Source of the DNA: Ferroplasma sp.
GTDB taxonomy: Archaea > Thermoplasmatota > Thermoplasmata > Thermoplasmatales > Thermoplasmataceae
Assembly (NCBI RefSeq): GCF_037442045.1
Contig: NZ_JBBIRC010000001.1
Span: forward strand, 1 to 58,002
Length of the DNA: 58,002 bases
Direction: 5' to 3'
Made by a program: the position numbers and the translations under genes. This document shows, one piece after another, positions 20,121-29,930 of the stretch (positions are counted from its first letter, which is position 1; each line of letters begins with the position of its first letter). The notes under the pieces were generated by a model. The model saw only the letters and a list, made by a program, of their open reading frames with translations, searched no databases and had not been told where the DNA came from.

Positions 20121-21531
20121 AATGATTCAGGTGCTTGGAACTGCATCAGATTCTGGAAAAAGCACGCTTGCCATGTCACTGTGCTATTACTTCGCGAATA
20201 AAGGATATAAAGTCGCACCGTTTAAGGCAATAAACATGTCACTTAACTCCATATCATTAAACGACTCATCAGAGATCTCAAGGGCACAGTGGCTTCAAGC
20301 AGTGGCGGCGGGAGCAGAGCCATCGTTTTATATGAATCCTTTCCTTATAAAACCGGAGGGTATGGGAAGATCTCAGATTATTGTTAATGGAAGAGCAATT
20401 GGAACAATGAAAGTCAATGATTATTATAAATATCTCTCTGATAATGCAGAAAAAATAATAAAATGCGCTATTAAAAAACTCTCAGAGAATTATGATCTGA
20501 TAATAGCCGAAGGGGCTGGATCAGCAGCCGAAATCAATATGCAGGGTCGAGACTTTGCAAATTCTTATGTTTCAAGTTTATACAGTACTCCTGCTATTCT
20601 CATTTCAGATATTGATAAGGGCGGCGTCTTTGCCTCACTTTATGGAACTGTAAAGTTAATGGAACACAGTGATCTTGTAAAATATATGGTAATAAACAGA
20701 ATGAGAGGAAATTCTGCTATGCTTGCAAGCGGCATATCAAAACTGGAAATATTGACTGAGAAGAAGGTCGCAGGAATAATACCATACTCAAGCATTTCAT
20801 TGCCTGGTGAAGATTCAATGAACTATATAACATCAAAGAACAATGACAAAATTTGCATAATAAAATATCCATTTATGGAGAATTATAGTGATTTTGACCC
20901 TTTGTATCTTTTTAATATTGGATTTACCTATGTTGATAAATATAATGTTGATGCACTGGACAGATGTGACGTTATAATACTGCCAGGGTCAAAGCTTGTA
21001 GCTGAGGACCTTCAATATATGGAAAAAAATGGAATTGCAGAGAAATTGATTTCACTGAAAGGCAAAAAAACAATAATAGGCATATGCGGGGGATATCAAA
21101 TGCTGGGAAATGCAATAAGAGGCAATAATGACGTCGAAAACATAAATGGTGAAATTAAAGGTTTGGGTCTCCTTGACATAGAAACTGAATATCTAAATGA
21201 GAAAATTTCTGGAACTGTAAATTACAGATTAAATGAGAAGAATTTTTCTGCGAATTCATCTGAAATAGGATATGAGATACATTATGGAAAAATTGTAAAA
21301 AATGGTGAATTGCCTCTGGCATATATTGGCAATGCTCCAGAAGGCTCAATGCATGGAAATATATATGGAACAAATATACATGGAATATTAGAAAACGCCG
21401 CGTTTTTAAGCCATATACTGCATTTTCAAACAAAAAATTACAGGAAGGAACTGATGAACAATATAGCTCAGGCCTCGAAGTTGTTTACAGAGAATATGGA
21501 TATGAATTTAATTGAAAAAATGGTAATATGA
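20113..21531 (+). CDS. cbiP: cobyric acid synthase
   Basis: GTASDSGKS, PFKA.NMSLNS, EGAGSAAEIN, DIDKGG, GICGGYQMLG, GYEIH, HG. TTG 20113 follows GGTGA; the ORF is open from 20104. Confidence 0.93.
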   Translation: MIKMIQVLGTASDSGKSTLAMSLCYYFANKGYKVAPFKAINMSLNSISLNDSSEISRAQWLQAVAAGAEPSFYMNPFLIKPEGMGRSQIIVNGRAIGTMKVNDYYKYLSDNAEKIIKCAIKKLSENYDLIIAEGAGSAAEINMQGRDFANSYVSSLYSTPAILISDIDKGGVFASLYGTVKLMEHSDLVKYMVINRMRGNSAMLASGISKLEILTEKKVAGIIPYSSISLPGEDSMNYITSKNNDKICIIKYPFMENYSDFDPLYLFNIGFTYVDKYNVDALDRCDVIILPGSKLVAEDLQYMEKNGIAEKLISLKGKKTIIGICGGYQMLGNAIRGNNDVENINGEIKGLGLLDIETEYLNEKISGTVNYRLNEKNFSANSSEIGYEIHYGKIVKNGELPLAYIGNAPEGSMHGNIYGTNIHGILENAAFLSHILHFQTKNYRKELMNNIAQASKLFTENMDMNLIEKMVI

Positions 21532-22484
21532 TTAACGTTCTGCTGCTTGCTGTATTTATTTTATTTCTTGCAATGCTTATTGACATTGTCTCTGGTGAGC
21601 CACCAGATAGTATTCATCCCGTTGTTTTTACAGGAATAACAATATCAAAATTCAAGCCTTTATTCATGAAATGCAAAAATAGAATAACTGGAGGGTGCTA
21701 TTTTCTTTTCTGGATTATTGCAATAAATACCATTCCATTGCTTGCAGTTCTTTATATATTATATATTTTTAAAAATACAATATTGCTTATATTGTTTATA
21801 ATAATATACGCATATTTCCTGAAAAGCACATTTTCTATTAAAAGCATGGGAAAACATATAAACAGGATTATTGGATCTATGAAGAAAGATGATATGATTG
21901 CTGCAAGAAGGTATACATCAATGGTTGTCCGCCGGAACACAACAGGTATGGATTCGCAACACATAGCCTCAGCTGCTATAGAAACCATAGCTGAAGGATT
22001 TGTAGATGGGTATCTTACTCCTCTGTTTTTTTATGCGTTTTTTGGGATTGCGGGAGCTATGGTGGCAAAAGTTATCAATACAATGGATTCAAATATAGCT
22101 TATAAGGACAGTAACTATTATGAATTTGGAAGATGCACAGCAATTGCTGATTCCATTACAAACTTTTTGAGTTCACGAATGGCCCCGGCAATATTCAGCA
22201 TAAGTGCATTCTTTCTGAGAATAAAATATATAAAAAAGAAAATTCCAAATAGTACGGACAGCCTTAATGCAGGATACAGCATAGGTGCTATTTCAAAAAT
22301 ATTGGGAATCAGGCTTGAAAAACCAGGAGAATATATTGTGAATCCGGAAGGAAAAGAACCTGGCATTAAGGAAATCAAAAGAGCTTTGCATATATATTAT
22401 CTGTCTTCAATTATATCAATTTTCATATTTGTTATTCCAGTTATGCTTATTTTGTATGTTCTTGGAATTTTTATAATTCTCTGA
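21528..22484 (+). CDS. cbiB: adenosylcobinamide-phosphate synthase CbiB
   Basis: GEPP..IHPVV, AAIETIAE, NTMDS, FG...A.AD, LEKPGEY; membrane protein. Confidence 0.9.
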   Translation: MINVLLLAVFILFLAMLIDIVSGEPPDSIHPVVFTGITISKFKPLFMKCKNRITGGCYFLFWIIAINTIPLLAVLYILYIFKNTILLILFIIIYAYFLKSTFSIKSMGKHINRIIGSMKKDDMIAARRYTSMVVRRNTTGMDSQHIASAAIETIAEGFVDGYLTPLFFYAFFGIAGAMVAKVINTMDSNIAYKDSNYYEFGRCTAIADSITNFLSSRMAPAIFSISAFFLRIKYIKKKIPNSTDSLNAGYSIGAISKILGIRLEKPGEYIVNPEGKEPGIKEIKRALHIYYLSSIISIFIFVIPVMLILYVLGIFIIL

Positions 22485-22556
22485 ATTAAAATGCACTTGA
22501 ATTAATTTAAAAGCAGATTCAGCATAAGTATTATAATAAAAAAATAATTTGCTCTT

Positions 22557-23567
22557 ATGGAAATAGTCGAGGGAAATAGCATTTACAATAATATCAGTGA
22601 TAAAAATGATATATTATATATACTTCTGGCTGGCACAACAGAGGTATCAACAATTCCGGGAATATCCGATGCAGGGGCATCTCCCGAATTAACAAAATTA
22701 ACACCTGTACTGGATTCCGAGATAATATATGCTGGAAAATGCATAAGTTATAATGTTGTACCAATGACTGAAAATGGAATACCGACACCGTCTATTATTA
22801 CAAGGGGATCAAATCAGCTGTCTGGAATTGATATTTTAATAGTGGATTCAGGAATGGTTCAGGACCCTAAAATTCCATTTATAAAAACTGGGCTCGGCAG
22901 TGCAGGAAATGGATCAGAGAAAAGAGCATTGTTACACTACTGGAATGCCATGGAATACGGAAAATACCTGGGCAATTTGCTGGATGGAAAGTATAAATAT
23001 ATATGCATCTCGGAGAGTGTTCCAGGAGGCACGACAACAGCTTACACCGTTCTTTTATCCGAAGGGATAAATGAAATGACCAGTAGCTCTATGAAAGATT
23101 CTCCAGACGGGATTAAAAAGGCATATGCAGAGAAGGCGTTGAGTAGAAAAATAAATTTTAGGGATGATAATGATAATATAGCAGAATTTGGAGATTATAT
23201 GATGGCAATTGCTCTTGGGATAAGCAGTGCGGTGAAAAAATCAACAATTTTTTATGCAGGGGGAACACAGATGGCCACAGTTTTCTATCTTGATCAAAAG
23301 ATAAATAATAAGGATAACAGATATGTATTCACAACAGGTTATATTATGAAGGATAAGGAAATGCTTATGAAAAAGCTTGTGGGATCAAAACTGATTTATG
23401 CAAATATGAACTTTTCCGGAATGGATGGATTGAAATATTATGATCAGGGTTATGTGAAGGAAGGCACCGGCTTTGGTGCTGCATTCGGCATTTCTTATCT
23501 TCTTGGAAATGATCCTGAAAAAATATACGAAAGTATAAAAAATACATATAAATTATTCCTGAAATAA
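22557..23567 (+). CDS. cobT: archaeal nicotinate-nucleotide:base phosphoribosyltransferase (CobT, TIGR00303-like)
   Basis: TTEVSTIPGISDAG, TP, ESVPGGTTTA, SSSM, AGGTQM, GYVKEGTGFG. Confidence 0.85.
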   Translation: MEIVEGNSIYNNISDKNDILYILLAGTTEVSTIPGISDAGASPELTKLTPVLDSEIIYAGKCISYNVVPMTENGIPTPSIITRGSNQLSGIDILIVDSGMVQDPKIPFIKTGLGSAGNGSEKRALLHYWNAMEYGKYLGNLLDGKYKYICISESVPGGTTTAYTVLLSEGINEMTSSSMKDSPDGIKKAYAEKALSRKINFRDDNDNIAEFGDYMMAIALGISSAVKKSTIFYAGGTQMATVFYLDQKINNKDNRYVFTTGYIMKDKEMLMKKLVGSKLIYANMNFSGMDGLKYYDQGYVKEGTGFGAAFGISYLLGNDPEKIYESIKNTYKLFLK

Positions 23568-23577
23568 GATGGAATAG

Positions 23578-24309
23578 TTATCCGAAAAAGGATTCCATGA
23601 AACTGTTTATTGCTTCCATGGACATCGATACAATTCTGGATATAAAAGGCCTTTTTGGCGTTAAATTTTTGATGGATTCTATTCCTGTTTTCGATTTTAG
23701 CAGAGTCATTACAGTATCCATTGTGCCAATACCGTCGATTAATCCTGTTGCCTTTGCCTGCTTTGAAGAGAATACAAGCCCGTTTGCAATACTTTCAAGC
23801 TCTTCCTCATTAAAGTTCCTTCTCTTTTTGACTTCATCCCTGAATGATGAATAAATATCATTCATAATATTTGAATAAATTTTATTTTCTTCTTCTGTCA
23901 TTGGCCTGAATGGGGAATTAATATCCTTGTACTTTCCAACCTTGTTAATTCTCATTTTTATTCCAAAATTATCAAGAAATTCAGAGAGATCAGGAGACAT
24001 GCTTATAACTCCTATTGATCCTACCAGTGATGTATTCATGGCAAATATTTTTTCAGCAGAGCATGCAAGCCAGTAAGCACCTGATGCACCAACGCTTTCA
24101 ATCAGTGCATAAACAGGTTTCTGATTGGATATCTTGATCAATTGATTGTAAAGTATTTCTGTTGAATTGGCATCCCCGCCGCCTGAATTTATTACAAGTA
24201 AAAGGGCTTTAACCTTCTTTTTCTTTTCTATATATTCCAGAACTGGCATATACGAACTCAGGCTTCCGTGATTTATAGTTCCGTTAAAATTTAAAATACC
24301 TATATACAT
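23578..24309 (-). CDS. sppA: signal peptide peptidase SppA (S49 family, short form)
   Basis: INSGGG, GASGAYWLA, GSIGVI, GKYKD, GLIDGIG. Confidence 0.92.
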   Translation of the reverse strand: MYIGILNFNGTINHGSLSSYMPVLEYIEKKKKVKALLLVINSGGGDANSTEILYNQLIKISNQKPVYALIESVGASGAYWLACSAEKIFAMNTSLVGSIGVISMSPDLSEFLDNFGIKMRINKVGKYKDINSPFRPMTEEENKIYSNIMNDIYSSFRDEVKKRRNFNEEELESIANGLVFSSKQAKATGLIDGIGTMDTVMTLLKSKTGIESIKNLTPKRPFISRIVSMSMEAINSFMESFFG

Positions 24310-24325
24310 ATATTAACATTCAAAA

Positions 24326-24961
24326 CTATTTATTTAATTTATTGTTAATACTATCAGCATAATTGTCTATAGTTTTCTCCGGATCAGGTGAATTGTAAAT
24401 AGATCTCCCAATAATTACATAATCTGCACCGAGAAGTATGGCTTCCGTAATATTTCCTCCCTGTGCGCCCACGCCGGGAGATATTATTTTCAGGTCTCCT
24501 GATAGTTCTTTAACTTTTTTAAGGTAATATGGTCTGTTTCCCGGCGCAACAAGGCCATAAACCCCTGCTTCCTTTGATGTGTTTATCAGTTCCTCTGTAA
24601 TATTATCCAAATATGATTCCTGGGACATTGACACAACAGAAAAAACCTTCATTTCTTTTGCACTTTTAACTACCGCTTTCAATGAATTTAAACCGGTAAA
24701 TGAATGGCTTATTATTCCATATGCGCCGTGTTCCCGTACTTTTTCTGTGATCAGGCTTACTGTATTGTCTATGTCAGCCAGCTTAAAATCGCATATAACG
24801 CTTGAATACTTTGATAGATCTCTAACTATTTTTATACCGTTTTCCAGAATTACGGGCCAGTTTACCTTAATTGCAAAAACTTTATCACCAACATTTTTTG
24901 CCAGTTCTATTGCAGTATCATAATTATAAACATCCAGAGCAAATATAATTTTATTGTCCAT
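24326..24961 (-). CDS. pyrF: orotidine-5'-phosphate decarboxylase
   Basis: ALD, DFKLADIDNT, SPGVGAQGG, IIGRSIY. Confidence 0.96.
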   Translation of the reverse strand: MDNKIIFALDVYNYDTAIELAKNVGDKVFAIKVNWPVILENGIKIVRDLSKYSSVICDFKLADIDNTVSLITEKVREHGAYGIISHSFTGLNSLKAVVKSAKEMKVFSVVSMSQESYLDNITEELINTSKEAGVYGLVAPGNRPYYLKKVKELSGDLKIISPGVGAQGGNITEAILLGADYVIIGRSIYNSPDPEKTIDNYADSINNKLNK

Positions 24962-25038
24962 TATTGATTATATAGTATGGCTCTATATTAAATATGCCAA
25001 AATACATAAAATTAAATAAAAAAGGTTAATCAGCCAGT

Positions 25039-25539
25039 ATGGATCGTGAAATGTTCATAGAAAAGGGTATAATAAAATTTGGAGATTTTACACTGACATC
25101 GGGGAAGAAGTCAAATTATTATATTGATATAAAGGAAGCGTGCACATACCCTGAGACTTTATCTGAAATTTGTGATGAACTTGCAAAAAAAACTATATAC
25201 AATACTGTTGCAGGAATGGAACTCGGCGCTGTGCCTTTAATTGTTGGAGTTTCATTAAAAACGAATAAGCCCTATATTATAATCAGAAAGGAAGAAAGAG
25301 AGCATGGAACCAAAAAAAGGGTAATAGGAAATATAATTGTTGGCAACAAAGTTGATCTTATTGAGGATGTTGTAACCACTGGCAATTCTCTGCTGAAAAC
25401 AGCAGTGGTGCTGAGAAACAGTGGTGCTATAGTAGATCATGCTTTATGTGTGGTTGATAGGGAAAATGGTGGAAGTGAACTATTGAAAGAAAATGGAATT
25501 AAGCTTGAATCGGTCAAAAAAGTATCTGAACTGTTATGA
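25039..25539 (+). CDS. pyrE: orotate phosphoribosyltransferase
   Basis: FGDFTLTSGKKSNYYIDIK, IRKE, IEDVVTTGNS (PRPP motif), VVDRE. Confidence 0.95.
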   Translation: MDREMFIEKGIIKFGDFTLTSGKKSNYYIDIKEACTYPETLSEICDELAKKTIYNTVAGMELGAVPLIVGVSLKTNKPYIIIRKEEREHGTKKRVIGNIIVGNKVDLIEDVVTTGNSLLKTAVVLRNSGAIVDHALCVVDRENGGSELLKENGIKLESVKKVSELL

Positions 25540-26190
25540 GAATGTATCATCTATTCTGCCAAGCTCAATTGATGTAGTTGCATTTCCAACCATTACGCCA
25601 TTGCAGTTTGCAAGAATTGATGCACCTATATAATAACTGCCATAGTTTGCGGTTCCTGTTTTAACAGGCACATGAAATATATTGCTTAACTCCTTTATTT
25701 CATCTTCATTTGCTTCCGGTGAAACGAGCATTCCCTTATCATTAAGCACTGCAACGCTTCCAACGGTTTTAACTCCTGCTATAGTTGATTTTATTACTTC
25801 AACGCCAAGTATATCCCCTATCACTTTTTCAGATGATTCGGTAAAGGAAGGATGTATTATCGCTGCACGGTCACTGGTTATAATATTGTTTCCTATAGCA
25901 TTTAGCCGGTCTTTTAAAATAACAAGATTTCTATTGCCAATATCAATACCTGAAAAATCATCTTTGCCAGAAAGGCCCGATACAATAATTCCATTGGAAT
26001 TGAATGCAATCATGGTGCCAATTAAGCTGAAATTATCAATTATCACACCTGCAGTTCTGACTTTTAATGTTTCTTCTATAGATAATTTTGTTTCTTCCGG
26101 TACATTCCGCGGTATAATGGCAAAATCTTTAAAAACTTTGACATATACACCGATAAAATCACTGTCAAATATAGATAATTTGTTAATCAT
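25534..26190 (-). CDS. eif6: translation initiation factor 6 (aIF6)
   Basis: IGVY, LIG...NSNG, AIGNNI, VGS, GTANYG, TTSIELGRI; downstream of rpl31e. Confidence 0.95.
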   Translation of the reverse strand: MINKLSIFDSDFIGVYVKVFKDFAIIPRNVPEETKLSIEETLKVRTAGVIIDNFSLIGTMIAFNSNGIIVSGLSGKDDFSGIDIGNRNLVILKDRLNAIGNNIITSDRAAIIHPSFTESSEKVIGDILGVEVIKSTIAGVKTVGSVAVLNDKGMLVSPEANEDEIKELSNIFHVPVKTGTANYGSYYIGASILANCNGVMVGNATTSIELGRIDDTFS

Positions 26191-26194
26191 GATA

Positions 26195-26467
26195 TTACGG
26201 CAGTATTACTTCAGTTGTGCCATCTTCGAGTTTAATTATTTTTAAACTTACCTTTGTGGGTATATGTTCCCTGCCACGGCTCCATATTAATTCATTTACT
26301 TTGTTATCGATCCAGATCTTTTCTTTTTCGGATTTTGTATATTTTGATACCGAATCCTTAATAATAGATATTGCTGTGTCAGCCCTTCTTCTTCTCGATG
26401 ATGACCTTGCACCTCTGAGCGATACTGTTATTAATTCCTCTGTGGATAATTCATTATTTTCTACCAT
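26195..26467 (-). CDS. rpl31e: 50S ribosomal protein L31e
   Basis: TVSLR, RRADTAI, IDNKVNELIWSRG..IP. ATG 26467 follows GGTG. Confidence 0.93.
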   Translation of the reverse strand: MVENNELSTEELITVSLRGARSSSRRRRADTAISIIKDSVSKYTKSEKEKIWIDNKVNELIWSRGREHIPTKVSLKIIKLEDGTTEVILP

Positions 26468-26476
26468 CGTTAACAC

Positions 26477-26632
26477 CTATATTTTTAAGTTTGATCTTCT
26501 CCAATTTTTCCTCTTTGGGTTTTGTGTCATCTTTCTGTCTGTTTTCATCATCACCCATCCTGGAACTCTCCTGTTTGAATTTACATGTCTCATTAATCTA
26601 ATTTTTTTGCCAAGCGGCTTGTTTTTGCTCAT
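26477..26632 (-). CDS. rpl39e: 50S ribosomal protein L39e (not in the ORF track)
   Basis: Hand translation [51 protein letters not shown]; conserved position between PDCD5 and rpl31e. Confidence 0.95.
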   Translation of the reverse strand: MSKNKPLGKKIRLMRHVNSNRRVPGWVMMKTDRKMTQNPKRKNWRRSNLKI

Positions 26633-26634
26633 AT

Positions 26635-26976
26635 TTATCTTCTCTCTATTTTTGTTTCTCTTTTTGTCCCTATTAACCTTGAAAGTATTCCCTTTAATTC
26701 ATCATCGCCTATAACCCTGTTGATTCTGCCCATTCCTGCCAGCTGAATTAACTGGTTTTCTACGTTGCTTACAAGGTCTGGCTTTACAAGTTTGAGTGTA
26801 CTTAATCTCTCTCTTGCTTCGGTGGATAATATCTGCCTCAGTATTTGCTGCCTCTGTGCGTCTTCCTGCTCACCCTGTTTCCGGTTTTCATCATCCATTT
26901 CACCCTGCTGAGCATTTCTCTGCATTTCCTGGAGTTTTCTTTTGCGTATATTATTTAATTCATCATCATTATCCAT
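26635..26976 (-). CDS. PDCD5-family DNA-binding protein
   Basis: [35 protein letters not shown]-terminal KIERR. Confidence 0.92.
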   Translation of the reverse strand: MDNDDELNNIRKRKLQEMQRNAQQGEMDDENRKQGEQEDAQRQQILRQILSTEARERLSTLKLVKPDLVSNVENQLIQLAGMGRINRVIGDDELKGILSRLIGTKRETKIERR

Positions 26977-27024
26977 TTTCAACACCAGATATAGACATTA
27001 ATACAATGTTGATAAAATTTTTTA

Positions 27025-27477
27025 TTAAAGGTATTTTTCAAAAACCTTATCCTTTTCAGCAAGGCTTTTCATTACTTCCTTTGCTGCCTTATCAAGCATG
27101 GATCGCCCTGCAGGTGTAAGTGATCTTCCTGTTTTTATATCCTTTTTAAGGTATCCAAGTGCTTCAAGGGAATGAAGTATGCTCCTTATTATGAATCTGC
27201 TTCCCTGGACGGGATGATACCTTTTTGTGCCTCTGTCCTGGCGGCTTCCATACTCCTGGCTGAGTCTTGCTATTCCAATGCTGCTGTTTAAATAAACTTT
27301 TCTCATAATTGAAGCAAGCCTTGTATAATACCAGTCATCCTGAACCCATGCACGCTCTCTTCCGATACCGTCTTTAAGATAATTTACCCAGTCAGGTATC
27401 GCAACTTTGTTCTCCTTAAATTCTGATGCAAGCTTATTTAATAATAAATCTGCGGGAACTTCTCTAACATCTACCAT
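27025..27477 (-). CDS. rps19e: 30S ribosomal protein S19e
   Basis: VPAD, PDW, DWYYTRLASIMRK.Y, EYG, GRSLTPAGRSMLD. Confidence 0.96.
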   Translation of the reverse strand: MVDVREVPADLLLNKLASEFKENKVAIPDWVNYLKDGIGRERAWVQDDWYYTRLASIMRKVYLNSSIGIARLSQEYGSRQDRGTKRYHPVQGSRFIIRSILHSLEALGYLKKDIKTGRSLTPAGRSMLDKAAKEVMKSLAEKDKVFEKYL

Positions 27478-27498
27478 ATTATCACGATGCAGGTTTAT

Positions 27499-29091
27499 TT
27501 ATAAACTATTTATAACATTTTCGTTATTTTTAAAAATTTTAGGTTTTGCAAACAAAAATAAGATCAGCATTGCATTAACTAAAAGATCAAAATAAGTATA
27601 ATAATTAATTGTGCGGAACAGGAAAAATGAAATGCCAATTGACAGAGACACTGATATTGCAAGGAGTAATAATGATATAACAAATATAAGCAGCATTGGG
27701 TAAGTTCCAAATGAATAATAATTTAAATTAGATGTCCCTGGCGGCAATTTTTTAAGGAGCCTGTTGAGATTTACCATTATTATTACATAAAACAATGTTA
27801 TTGCATCCAAAAATTCAAAAATGTAAATAAATAAAATTTTATGGCTCATAACAATTGTAACAAGTATGAATGCCATTACTATGATTGAAAATATGATTAA
27901 ACCGAATATGCCTTTATAAAATGCTATTGACTGCTTTTTCACAGGCAGTGAATTCAAAACCTCTATGCCTTTGCCTTCAACAACAAGAAGGTAAATTGAA
28001 TAGAAAGAAGAAACAAACTCTACAAGATAAAACAGTGAAAACATTGATGAATCCATGCCAGACCCGACACCTATTCCTATAAACAGCGGGATAGCAAAAA
28101 GCACCGGGAGAAATATATATGATAAATTCTGTGGTTTTCTGAATGTACTTTTAGCATCTTTTTTCAGGAAAGCTACAAGCGTTGATCCTGTTTTCAACCT
28201 TGAATTTATTTTCTCACTGGATGTATTTTCCTCCGATGTCATCAATATATTGTATATTCTGTATCTCATAGAGAAATATATAAAGATAACTAATGCAAGA
28301 AAAAGTAATGATAATAATATTTCGATTATTCTGTATAATACAGGAAGTGCAGAATTAAAATATATAATATATTCAAGATTTATGGGAAATGCGAAGACAC
28401 GTATATAAAAAGGCAGTGCTGCTACTGCGCTGCTAACATATCCAAAGTACGATGGGTCTTCAAGTAAAAGATAAAATGCACCTAAAAACAGAAAAAGTGC
28501 CATAATTTTAATAACGTTTTTAATAGAGGTATGTGTTTTAGCTTTTTTCCCTGAATAAACAAAGAGAATTGATGAAATAATGAAACTTAGGATTAATACA
28601 AGAAAAGCATAAATTATTGTAAGCAGTATGGTTTCGTAATTGCCTGTGAGCAAATAAAAAAATATAGCAGAGGGGAAAACAACAAAGATATATGAAGATG
28701 AATTGTAAATAAACCATGATACAAATGGAACATTTACATTAACCTTAATTGGCAATGATTTCAATGGGGACATGATATTATTATTGTATACCGAATTCAG
28801 AAAAACTATTGAATTATATATGCCTATTATAAATAAATATATAAACACTATAAGCCCGAATGACGCAAGCATTGATGGTTCATTCTCTTCAAAATAAACT
28901 GAATCGAGAAAGACAAATACCATGGTAAATAAAACAGCATTGGCCACATATGTCATTAATATATTTCTTGTAAAATACGCTTTTTTATTTCCTGTATTTA
29001 CATTTCGTTGAAATTTTGGTGTATCCTTTATAGCAAGGTAACGCTGTTCAATCATTATCAATTTACTTAAAAACAGAGTTTGATTTTTCAT
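27499..29091 (-). CDS. ABC-2-type exporter permease
   Basis: 530-aa multi-TM protein with LKSLP/LNSLP repeats; overlaps the upstream ABC ATPase (ATGA). Confidence 0.8.
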   Translation of the reverse strand: MKNQTLFLSKLIMIEQRYLAIKDTPKFQRNVNTGNKKAYFTRNILMTYVANAVLFTMVFVFLDSVYFEENEPSMLASFGLIVFIYLFIIGIYNSIVFLNSVYNNNIMSPLKSLPIKVNVNVPFVSWFIYNSSSYIFVVFPSAIFFYLLTGNYETILLTIIYAFLVLILSFIISSILFVYSGKKAKTHTSIKNVIKIMALFLFLGAFYLLLEDPSYFGYVSSAVAALPFYIRVFAFPINLEYIIYFNSALPVLYRIIEILLSLLFLALVIFIYFSMRYRIYNILMTSEENTSSEKINSRLKTGSTLVAFLKKDAKSTFRKPQNLSYIFLPVLFAIPLFIGIGVGSGMDSSMFSLFYLVEFVSSFYSIYLLVVEGKGIEVLNSLPVKKQSIAFYKGIFGLIIFSIIVMAFILVTIVMSHKILFIYIFEFLDAITLFYVIIMVNLNRLLKKLPPGTSNLNYYSFGTYPMLLIFVISLLLLAISVSLSIGISFFLFRTINYYTYFDLLVNAMLILFLFAKPKIFKNNENVINSL

Positions 29092-29864
29092 TTTATCGAT
29101 TCCCTCAGAGAGTCGATAAGATTATCAAGATCTTCATCACCAGTAAGCTTCAGGAATACTCCTTCCAGATCACCATTGCTGGATCCTGCCTCACTTTTTA
29201 GCTGCTCAAGATTTCCTGTCCCTGCTATATTTCCATTGTATAATATAGATATTGTATCACAGACATTTTGAGCTATTTCCATGATATGTGTTGAAAAAAT
29301 TACAGTTTTACCCTGCTTGGTCATATCTTTTAATAATTCTTTAATTATGCGCGATGATTTTGGATCAAGCCCGTTCATTCCTTCATCCATAACAATGATT
29401 TTGGGATCATGCAGCAATGCCCCTATAATTGCAACCTTTTGTTTTGTGCCAAATGAAAGCGACCCTATAAATTCATTTAGATATTTTTCTATTTCCAGTG
29501 CAGTTGAAAATGCAGTTATCCTTTCTTTCAATGCATTAGCATCTATTTTAAATATGGATGCAATAAAATTAAAATATTCAACAGGAGTAAGCGATTCGTA
29601 TAATGCTGGAGTTTCTGGTATATATCCTGTTATAGCTTTTATATTATCTAAATTTTCGGAAACAGGCATTTCATTAATTATTATTTCCCCTAACGAGGCG
29701 GGCAGGATTCCTGCCATTATTTTCAGGAGTGTAGTTTTTCCTGATCCGTTTGGGCCAAGTATGCCATATATCTGACCTCCTGCAATAGACAGGTTAATTC
29801 CATTAAGCGCCGTGGTACTTCCATACCTTTTGTATAAATTATTTATTTCAATAGTGTTCAACAA
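29088..29864 (-). CDS. ABC transporter ATP-binding protein
   Basis: GPNGSGKTT (Walker A), LSFG signature, IVMDE (Walker B), STH (H-loop). Confidence 0.95.
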   Translation of the reverse strand: MLNTIEINNLYKRYGSTTALNGINLSIAGGQIYGILGPNGSGKTTLLKIMAGILPASLGEIIINEMPVSENLDNIKAITGYIPETPALYESLTPVEYFNFIASIFKIDANALKERITAFSTALEIEKYLNEFIGSLSFGTKQKVAIIGALLHDPKIIVMDEGMNGLDPKSSRIIKELLKDMTKQGKTVIFSTHIMEIAQNVCDTISILYNGNIAGTGNLEQLKSEAGSSNGDLEGVFLKLTGDEDLDNLIDSLRESIK

Positions 29865-29930
29865 TATTAATATTAAAACATATTATAAATATTTTTGTTG
29901 GCAGCAAGGAAGCCGAACATTAATTGTTAT

